Positions 50,618 through 57,589 of a DNA stretch of 64,000 nt are shown here, one piece after another; position 1 is the first letter of the stretch, and each line of letters begins with the position of its first letter. The stretch is from an uncultured Flavobacteriaceae bacterium (lineage in GTDB: Bacteria > Bacteroidota > Bacteroidia > Flavobacteriales > Weeksellaceae): the NCBI GenBank assembly GCA_963530615.1, contig CAUSDX010000003.1:22181-86180 (forward strand), written 5' to 3'. A program made the translations under genes and the position numbers. Under the pieces are notes generated by a model. That model saw nothing but the letters and a program-made list of their open reading frames with translations, was not told where the DNA came from and ran no database searches.

Positions 50618-50846
50618 TTGTTCTGCTGTCCGAAAACTGGAAATTTTCATAACAACACAGAAACAATTAGTTTAATACTCACGCCATATAGGTGTGGGTT
50701 ATTTCTATTTTGTGTTGTAAGGTAATTCCAGTACCTCGGGCAACAAAAAAGAAACTCCCATACCTTTTTTTATTGTCCACAAAAAATAAAAAGAGTTAAT
50801 TTTATTCTGTTGCCCGAAAACTGGAAACTTTCATAATAGCAACACA
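50618..50846 (+). ncRNA. structured repeat block: a ~130-nt imperfect hairpin (arms 50618-50659 / 50708-50746, apical hairpin 50677-50699) plus a third direct arm (50802-50846). Candidate ncRNA/leader or REP-like element.
   Basis: Hand alignment and pairing of the three ~42-nt arms. No ORF is present. The strand is assigned only because the downstream island genes are on the plus strand. Confidence 0.4.
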
Positions 50847-51004
50847 GGATAGGTTAGCCTATGTAAGCGGAGGGACACGAATGCGGTTCCTTTGCTGTAT
50901 AGCCCCAGCTGTAAAAGAATAAGATTCTGCCCCAGCTCTTTTTGAGTAGAATATTCACATCTCCGATAGAGGCAGCGGAGATACCTATTCTGAAAGGCAA
51001 ACAG

Positions 51005-51628
51005 ATGGAAGGCAAACAAGTAAAATCCAAACAGCGAGTAGCAGACCACGGCGAGGTATTCACTGCCGAGAGAGAGGTAAAAGCTATGGTAGATTTGGTA
51101 TGGAAAGAGTTAGACAGAGGCAGTGCAGATAAACTGATGACCGCTACTTTTTTAGAGCCATCTTGTGGTTCTGGTAATTTTCTCATAGAAATTCTCCGCA
51201 GAAAGATAGATCTCCTTAAAAAAACAAAAAAAGATAAAGCCGAATATCGGTTTTATTTGGTGATGATTGCTGGTAGTCTCTATGGTGTAGAGCTCCTTCC
51301 TGATAATGCCCAAGAGTGCCGAGAAAGACTTCTCGCAGAGTTCCAAAAAGCATATCCCAAAAAAGAAGCCGTCTATGAAAGACTGATGAAGAGCATCGCG
51401 TTCGTCATCAGCCAGAATATCATTTGCGGTGATGCCCTTACCTACACTACCCCAGAGGGGGAGCCTATCCTCTTCACCCACTGGGTAGGCACAGGCATGC
51501 CAAAAATTACCGCCAATTACTTTGACTACGGCGAACTAACGAACAAAAAAATGGGAAAGATGTCTCTCTTTGCAGAGCATACCGTGAAAGACTCCGTGAC
51601 GAAGCACTACTTGGAACTCTCAGAATAG
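51005..51628 (+). CDS. SAM-binding DNA-methyltransferase-like protein lacking catalytic motif IV
   Basis: HGEVFTAEREVKAMVDL plus motif I FLEPSCGSGNFL (51149-51184), followed by YGVELLPD and NIICGDAL. No (D/N)PP(Y/F) motif occurs before the stop. The start was placed at the ATG at 51005; the track's TTG at 50942 would read through a 7-bp hairpin (atctccg...cggagat). Confidence 0.65.
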   Translation: MEGKQVKSKQRVADHGEVFTAEREVKAMVDLVWKELDRGSADKLMTATFLEPSCGSGNFLIEILRRKIDLLKKTKKDKAEYRFYLVMIAGSLYGVELLPDNAQECRERLLAEFQKAYPKKEAVYERLMKSIAFVISQNIICGDALTYTTPEGEPILFTHWVGTGMPKITANYFDYGELTNKKMGKMSLFAEHTVKDSVTKHYLELSE

Positions 51629-51649
51629 CCTAAAACCTTTTTTTCTCTC

Positions 51650-53227
51650 ATGAAAAATTACAATCCTGACATTCTCAACTGTCTTGCCAATCTGAGCAGT
51701 GATGAGGTCTTCACTCCGCCTAACATTGCTACCAAGATGCTGGATCTCCTACCACAGAAGCTCTTCTCTGACCCTAATGCCAAGTTCTTAGACCCTTTCT
51801 CCAAATCTGGTGTATTTTTAAGAGAAATAGCCAAAAGACTGCTGAAAGGTTTAGAAAGCCAAATCCCAGAATTGCAGGAGCGTATAGACCACATCATGCA
51901 CCACCAGCTCTATGGCATAGGCATCACGGAGCTTACCGCCTACATGAGCCGCCGTAGTCTCTACTGCTCCACTCGTGCCAATAGCAAGCACTCCGTTACT
52001 CACTTCCCAGATGAAGACGGCAACATCTTCTTTGAGGAAATCTCCCACACATGGGACAAAAACAGAAAATGCATCTACTGCGGTGTGAACCAAAAAGACT
52101 TTGGGGATGAAATAAGAGAGGGACTCTCTAAATATGCCTACCCCTTTATCCATAACCTTAACCCTTACGAAAACATGAACTTTGATGTTATTATAGGAAA
52201 TCCGCCTTACCACTTAAATGTAGGGAATGATAAAGAAAAAGGAAATAGCTCAAAAGCAAAAGCTATTTATCATCTCTTTATTGACCAAGCTATCAAAATG
52301 AACCCTAAATATATTTGTATGATTATACCAAGCCGCTGGATGACAAGAAGTACAGAGGGGGTATCTGAAAAATGGATAGATAAAATGCTAAGTTCTAATA
52401 AGTTTAGAATCATACATGATTTCTTGGATGCCAAAGGTATTTTCTCCGGAACACCTCCAAAAGGTGGAGTCAATTATTTCTTATGGGACAGAGATTACAA
52501 TGGGGAGTGTCATTATTATCTATATGAAAGTGCAAATAAACCTTCCTCTTATAGATTTGAAGCATTAGATAAAAATAATTCAGGTATTATCATCAGGGAT
52601 AGGATAGCCAACGATATATTAAAGAAAATATCAGAAGTTCATCAGGATTATATGAAAAATGGGGAGAATTTTTCTTCCTTAATTAGCCCAAAGGACTTTT
52701 TTACCAATAAACAATGGCTTACTTCTAGTTGGAATGGTTTTGCTAACACTCCTAATCAAGATTATAACATCAAATATTATCCTAATAAAATACTTCTAAA
52801 AAATGGCGCTAATTTTGGCTGGATTAACATCAACCAAATCCCTAAAAATAGAGAAACTAAAGACTTACATAAGGTATTTATTCCTGCCGCAGGAGGTTCG
52901 GGAACAGATACCCATGTTTTAGGACATCCTTTTTATGGTGAGCCTAATTCAGTGTGCTCACAAACATATTTGGTAATAGGATATAATCAAGACTTTACCA
53001 AAGAAGAGTGTTTAAATATTATCTCCTACATCAATACTCGTTTTTTTAGATATTTAGTTTCTATTAAAAAGAAAACCCAAAATGGAGCAAGAGGCGTTTA
53101 CCAATTTGTCCCTATACAAGATTTTGACAAGCCATGGACAGATGCAGAGCTTTATGATAAATACAGCCTCACAGAAGAGGAAATTGCCTATATAGAGAGT
53201 TTGGTAAGTGATAAAAGAGAGGAGTAA
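51650..53227 (+). CDS. N6-adenine DNA methyltransferase, Eco57I/TaqI-like gamma class, with C-terminal target-recognition region
   Basis: 525 aa. SSDEVFTPP, a motif I variant FLDPFSKSGVFL (51785-51820), the catalytic DVIIGNPPY (NPPY at 52199-52210), and a typical C-terminal tail (PWTDAELYDKYSLTEEEIAYIE). Confidence 0.85.
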   Translation: MKNYNPDILNCLANLSSDEVFTPPNIATKMLDLLPQKLFSDPNAKFLDPFSKSGVFLREIAKRLLKGLESQIPELQERIDHIMHHQLYGIGITELTAYMSRRSLYCSTRANSKHSVTHFPDEDGNIFFEEISHTWDKNRKCIYCGVNQKDFGDEIREGLSKYAYPFIHNLNPYENMNFDVIIGNPPYHLNVGNDKEKGNSSKAKAIYHLFIDQAIKMNPKYICMIIPSRWMTRSTEGVSEKWIDKMLSSNKFRIIHDFLDAKGIFSGTPPKGGVNYFLWDRDYNGECHYYLYESANKPSSYRFEALDKNNSGIIIRDRIANDILKKISEVHQDYMKNGENFSSLISPKDFFTNKQWLTSSWNGFANTPNQDYNIKYYPNKILLKNGANFGWININQIPKNRETKDLHKVFIPAAGGSGTDTHVLGHPFYGEPNSVCSQTYLVIGYNQDFTKEECLNIISYINTRFFRYLVSIKKKTQNGARGVYQFVPIQDFDKPWTDAELYDKYSLTEEEIAYIESLVSDKREE

Positions 53228-53244
53228 CTTAAAAAATAAAAATT

Positions 53245-53907
53245 ATGAAAAAAATAGAATTAAAAAAAGAATATTACTATGAAATATTTTGTAATAATAT
53301 GGGAGATATTCCTAACTATAAAGTAGTTAAATATTTAGGAAATCATCAAATACAATTTTTGGATAATAATGAAATTATAGAATTAGATGAAACTCTAATA
53401 ACTCATGCCGATAAGCAACTAAAAAATGGAAAAAATATTACCTATGCCAAAGGGATTTTCGGTTTTAGAGATATATCAATAGAATCCAAACATTTAGAAA
53501 AATTAGGTTTTATAAAAAAAGAAGGAAATTTATATGAAATAGATAATCCTAATATAAAAATTATGATGTATTTAGCAATATTAGGAGATGAAAACTTTAA
53601 TTACATCGGAAATATTGTAATGAATAGCAAAGAATATAATCATCTTATTCAAAAAATAGAAGATAAAGAAGAATGGAAAAATAAATATAAAATTGTCTTT
53701 AATAATACATTATACATTATTGATAATACTAATATTATAGATTATTTATACTACGGAAAGCCAATGAAGTTAAATTTAGATGCACATAATGAAATAGTAA
53801 CAATAATAAATGAAAATTTCAAAGGAATACGAAATATAAATGAATTATTTGAAAGATTAGAAAAAGAAGGAGTTAAAATAGAAAATAAAGATGAAATACT
53901 AATATGA
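53245..53907 (+). CDS. hypothetical protein (N/I/K-rich, extremely AT-rich gene)
   Basis: 220-aa ORF, 17 nt after the MTase stop on the same strand. No motif recognised. Confidence 0.55.
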   Translation: MKKIELKKEYYYEIFCNNMGDIPNYKVVKYLGNHQIQFLDNNEIIELDETLITHADKQLKNGKNITYAKGIFGFRDISIESKHLEKLGFIKKEGNLYEIDNPNIKIMMYLAILGDENFNYIGNIVMNSKEYNHLIQKIEDKEEWKNKYKIVFNNTLYIIDNTNIIDYLYYGKPMKLNLDAHNEIVTIINENFKGIRNINELFERLEKEGVKIENKDEILI

Positions 53908-53919
53908 ATGAAATACTCG

Positions 53920-54127
53920 CTCTCCACCAAGTATAAAACAAGCAAAGCGGAGTATGAAATACCCAAGACCAAGTGTAAAATAAGCGAGACCGAGTGGTAT
54001 TTTTAGAAGATTGAGCAGTAAAAATGCAAAACGGAGTGTAAAATATCAAAAACCAAACAGTATATTTAGAATAATGAGTAGTAAAAATCATTTTTTTTAG
54101 AATAATTCAAAAACTGAGTAAGAAATA
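53920..54127. repeat. 21-bp phased degenerate tandem array, about 10 units (core RAGTRTAAAAYA)
   Basis: Unit anchors at 53931, 53952, 53973, 53994, 54015, 54036, 54057 and 54078 are exactly 21 bp apart. A weaker unit lies near 54118. Confidence 0.85.
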
Positions 54128-54144
54128 TTAAAAATTAAAAAATT

Positions 54145-54801
54145 ATGACAAAGAAAATCTACAAAACCAATGAAGAAATGCTCCAAAATGCTCAAGTGCT
54201 TTTTGAGACCATAGAGAAAAACCAAGACATCGCCCAAAAATTAGAGGACTACGGCTACCCTACGGCAGAAATCGCCAAGGGCAAAAAGCTCTACACCACC
54301 GCACAAACTCTCTACGGCACCAACAAGAAAGAAACCGAAGAAGAACGCATCGCTTACCAGAAATTCAGCTCCGCTATGGACGAGCTTACCAAAACCTATG
54401 CCGAGCATCGCAACAAAGCCAAGCTTATCTTCAAGGAAAACGAAACCGCGAAAATCAGCCTTGCCCTCAAAGGAAGCCCTGCCACTGCCATCACCACACT
54501 TCTGGAAGAAATCACCCAGTTTTATAAAAACCTCCATGAGCAAGAAGCTCTCAGAACACCTCTTATCAGAGTGAAAATCACCACAGAAAACATCACCGAC
54601 CAACAGGCGAAAACCTCCCAAGTGAAAAATCTATACTCTACCTATGCACAAGAAAAAAACGAAAGTCAACAAGCGACCAAAGACAAGAATAAAGCCTTTG
54701 CCGACCTTGATAAATGGACCCGCGAACTCTACGCCTACGCCAAGTATGCCCTTGCCGAACATAGCCAGTTCTTACAAATATTTGGCAAAACCGTGAAATA
54801 A
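54145..54801 (+). CDS. hypothetical protein, predicted all-helical with an internal duplication
   Basis: 218-aa ORF in the GC-richer part of the island. Two similar ~90-aa halves are visible (LYTTAQTLYG...AMDELTKTYAEH and LYSTYAQEKN...AFADLDKWTRELYAY). No known motif recognised. Confidence 0.6.
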   Translation: MTKKIYKTNEEMLQNAQVLFETIEKNQDIAQKLEDYGYPTAEIAKGKKLYTTAQTLYGTNKKETEEERIAYQKFSSAMDELTKTYAEHRNKAKLIFKENETAKISLALKGSPATAITTLLEEITQFYKNLHEQEALRTPLIRVKITTENITDQQAKTSQVKNLYSTYAQEKNESQQATKDKNKAFADLDKWTRELYAYAKYALAEHSQFLQIFGKTVK

Positions 54802-54851
54802 AATTTTGGCAAAAAGATAGAATATATCAACTTTCTTAAAAACCGAATAAA

Positions 54852-57449
54852 ATGAATTTTTTTACACAAAATAACATCCCTAAAATATATGCCTACACCG
54901 ATGAGCATTTCCCAGGTATGCTAAAAGTAGGCTATACTACCAAAACCGCCGCCGAACGAGTAAAAGAGCAATACCCCGTGAAGATGCCTCGCCAGACTTG
55001 GGAAATCGTTTTAGAAGAAGTAGCCACAAGAGAAAATGGCACTTATTTTACTGACCATGACCTGCATAAAAGATTGGAAAAAAAAGGCTTTCACCGAGAA
55101 AATGGAGAATGGTTTCTCTGCACTCTGAAAGATTTAGAAGCCATCATCATAGAAGAAAAAAAAGGCATCGTCAACACTGAAAACCGCTCCCAAAACTTCA
55201 GCATGAGACCAGAGCAAAAAGAAGCCGTAGAGCGTACGGCAAGATACTTCACTGCCGTGAGAGAGGAGGGCTACACCCCTCACTTCCTTTGGAATGCCAA
55301 AATGCGTTTCGGAAAGACTTTTGCGACATATCAACTTGCCCTAAAAATGGGCTGGACTAAGGTACTCGTGCTGACCTTCAAACCTGCTGTCCTCAGTGCA
55401 TGGCGAGAAGACCTCCAAGAACATATAGACTTCCAAAACTGGCAGTTCGTTTCCAATAAAGAAGAAGACCTCAACCCAAAGGAGATTGACAAAAATAGAC
55501 CCTTCGTGTATTTCGGCTCTTTCCAAGATCATTTAGGTTTAGATAAAAAAACAGGTCTTATCAAACCTAAAAATGAATGGCTACATGATGTAGAATGGGA
55601 CTGCGTGATCTTTGATGAATACCACTTCGGTGCATGGAGAGATAAATCCAAAAAAATCTTTGAAGCCATAGAAGGTACTGATGACAAAGATAAAGAAGAA
55701 AAAAAACGACTAAAAGAAGAACTAAAAGAATTCAAAGAACAAGAAGAGGAACAAAAAGAGTTAGACACCGAAGAATCTGGAAAAACAGAAGACCTCTCCT
55801 ACTTTGATGAAAACCTCATTACCATCTCTACCAAACATTACCTCTATCTTTCAGGGACACCCTTCCGTGCCTTGGCAGATGGGGAGTTCATAGAAGAACA
55901 AATCTATAACTGGACCTACTCCGATGAGCAAAAAGCCAAAGCTGAATGGAAAGGCGAGAATAATCCCTATGCCTCTCTCCCAGAAATGATAATGATGACC
56001 TATCAGCTCCCTGGTGAAATCAAGGACATCGCCTCTAAAGGAGAATTTAATGAATTTGACCTCAACACTTTCTTCTCTACCGAAAAAGCCGAAAATGAGC
56101 ATAACAGCGAGAAAAAAACCAAAAAAGGGAAGAGAAATGAAGAAAATACCGTCTTCAAATACCAAGACGAAGTGCAAAAATGGCTAAACTTTATCCGTGG
56201 GCAGTTTTTAGGAAATGCTGAAGCACAGCTCAAACAAGGAAAAAGTAAAGCACCAATGCCTTTCTCCGATAGCCGACTTTTGGACATCTTACAGCATACC
56301 TTTTGGTTCTTACCGAATGTATCCTCTTGCTATGCCATGGCAAACCTTCTGAAAAGCCCTAAAAATCAAGCCTTTTTTGGAGATTATAACATCGTGGTCT
56401 GTGCAGGAGCAGAAGCAGGAATAGGCGTAGAAGCCCTAAAACCTGTGGCAAAAGCCATGGGCGACCCCCTCAAAACCAAAACCATCACCCTCTCCTGCGG
56501 AAAACTCACCACAGGGGTTTCTGTCTCACCTTGGTCAGGGATTTTCATGCTGAGAAACTCTTCCAGCCCAGAGACTTATTTCCAATCCATCTTCCGAGTG
56601 CAAACTCCTTGGGTCATTAAAAACCCTAATGGAGAAACTCCAAATGAGCGAGTCATCATCAAAAACAAATGTTATGTGTTTGACTTTGACCCTAACCGAG
56701 CATTGAAACAAGTGGTATCCTATGCTCAAAAACTAAATACAGACGCAAGCATACCTTCGGAAGAGAAAATAACGGAACTTATCAGTTTCTTACCTATCTT
56801 GGCTTATGATGGGGAGAATATGACAGAAATAGATGCTTTAAAAGTATTAGAAATTGCCCACAATGGGACTACCGCTACCTTACTTGCCAGAAGATGGGAA
56901 TCGGCTCTGCTCGTCAATGTAGATAATATTACCTTGGAAAAACTTCTCAAAAACCAAGAAGCCATGGACATATTAGAAAATATAGAAGGATTTAGAAATT
57001 TAGGGCAAGATATAGAAACCATCATCACTAAATCTAACGAGATAAAAAAAAATAAACAAAAAGGAACGACTAAAGATCCCAAAGAAAAAAAGAAACTTAG
57101 TGAGGAGGAAAAGGAATACAAAAGCAAAAGAAAACAGATTCAGGATAAACTTCTAAAATTCGCGACCAGAATCCCTGTATTCATGTATCTCTCCGAATAT
57201 AGAGAGCAGACTCTGAGAGATGTCATCACCCTCTTAGAACCTGAACTCTTCAAAAAAGTAACTGGGATAGAGGTGAAAGATTTTGAACTCTTAGAAAGAT
57301 TAGGACTATTCAACAGCAATCTGATGAATGATGCCGTGGAAAAATTCAAAGCCTATGAAGACAGCTCCCTTGCCTACACAGGAAAGAAAACTTATGGTAA
57401 TCTCAGAGTAGGTTTATTTGATACCACAAAAACTATTACAGAAGAATAA
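54852..57449 (+). CDS. T5orf172/GIY-YIG-like nuclease domain fused to an SF2 (restriction Res-type) helicase
   Basis: 865 aa. The N-terminus is IYAYTDEHFPGMLKVGYTT...ERVKEQ...DHDLHKRL...NGEWF (T5orf172 pattern). Helicase motifs are Walker A FGKT (55311-55319), DEYH (55614-55625), LSGTPF and motif VI QSIFRVQT. There are K/E-rich insertions. Confidence 0.8.
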   Translation: MNFFTQNNIPKIYAYTDEHFPGMLKVGYTTKTAAERVKEQYPVKMPRQTWEIVLEEVATRENGTYFTDHDLHKRLEKKGFHRENGEWFLCTLKDLEAIIIEEKKGIVNTENRSQNFSMRPEQKEAVERTARYFTAVREEGYTPHFLWNAKMRFGKTFATYQLALKMGWTKVLVLTFKPAVLSAWREDLQEHIDFQNWQFVSNKEEDLNPKEIDKNRPFVYFGSFQDHLGLDKKTGLIKPKNEWLHDVEWDCVIFDEYHFGAWRDKSKKIFEAIEGTDDKDKEEKKRLKEELKEFKEQEEEQKELDTEESGKTEDLSYFDENLITISTKHYLYLSGTPFRALADGEFIEEQIYNWTYSDEQKAKAEWKGENNPYASLPEMIMMTYQLPGEIKDIASKGEFNEFDLNTFFSTEKAENEHNSEKKTKKGKRNEENTVFKYQDEVQKWLNFIRGQFLGNAEAQLKQGKSKAPMPFSDSRLLDILQHTFWFLPNVSSCYAMANLLKSPKNQAFFGDYNIVVCAGAEAGIGVEALKPVAKAMGDPLKTKTITLSCGKLTTGVSVSPWSGIFMLRNSSSPETYFQSIFRVQTPWVIKNPNGETPNERVIIKNKCYVFDFDPNRALKQVVSYAQKLNTDASIPSEEKITELISFLPILAYDGENMTEIDALKVLEIAHNGTTATLLARRWESALLVNVDNITLEKLLKNQEAMDILENIEGFRNLGQDIETIITKSNEIKKNKQKGTTKDPKEKKKLSEEEKEYKSKRKQIQDKLLKFATRIPVFMYLSEYREQTLRDVITLLEPELFKKVTGIEVKDFELLERLGLFNSNLMNDAVEKFKAYEDSSLAYTGKKTYGNLRVGLFDTTKTITEE

Positions 57450-57471
57450 GCTTTATTCTATATATTCCCCT

Positions 57472-57503
57472 AAAAAAACCGCTATTGTTTATAGCGGTTT
57501 TTT
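57472..57503 (+). terminator. intrinsic terminator closing the island operon
   Basis: 8-bp stem accgctat/atagcggt flanked by an A-run and a T-run. Confidence 0.7.
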
Positions 57504-57551
57504 CTTTATTCATTCCTATAAAAATATCTTTTTCACTTAATATATCTTATG

Positions 57552-57589
57552 CTAAATAAAAAATAATTTGTCTTAAAAAGACAAATTAT
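57552..57589 (-). terminator. intrinsic terminator after sprA
   Basis: 11-bp stem ataatttgtct/agacaaattat, followed by a T-run on the minus strand. Confidence 0.65.

Noticed and set aside
50618-50846. Retron-like msr/msd interpretation of the long hairpin with flanking repeats.
   Set aside because: No reverse transcriptase ORF exists anywhere in the island or the window, and no YxDD-containing frame is present. The structure alone is insufficient.
50831-52473. Minus-strand ORFs overlapping the two methyltransferase-like genes (50831-51049, 50854-51186, 51152-51481, 51658-51897, 51851-52213, 52270-52473).
   Set aside because: The plus-strand frames contain canonical MTase motifs (FLEPSCGSGNFL, GNPPY). 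The antisense frames have no motifs and arise from the locally higher GC, which gives fewer stops.
53873-54091. 72-aa minus-strand ORF with a striking heptad periodicity (FYTPFCI / FHTPLCL / FYTWWRA).
   Set aside because: The periodicity is a by-product of the 21-bp DNA repeat. The peptide is implausibly aromatic and Cys-rich, and no start context is present. I treat it as a repeat artefact, while noting that a decayed repeat gene cannot be fully excluded.
54241-57349. About ten minus-strand ORFs of 60-126 aa inside the 218-aa and 865-aa genes (for example 54241-54621, 55851-56177, 56804-57127).
   Set aside because: They lie antisense to long plus-strand ORFs that carry clear helicase motifs. 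Their products are low-complexity (S/F/L-rich) mirrors of the purine-rich K/E-coding sense strand. They are shadow ORFs.
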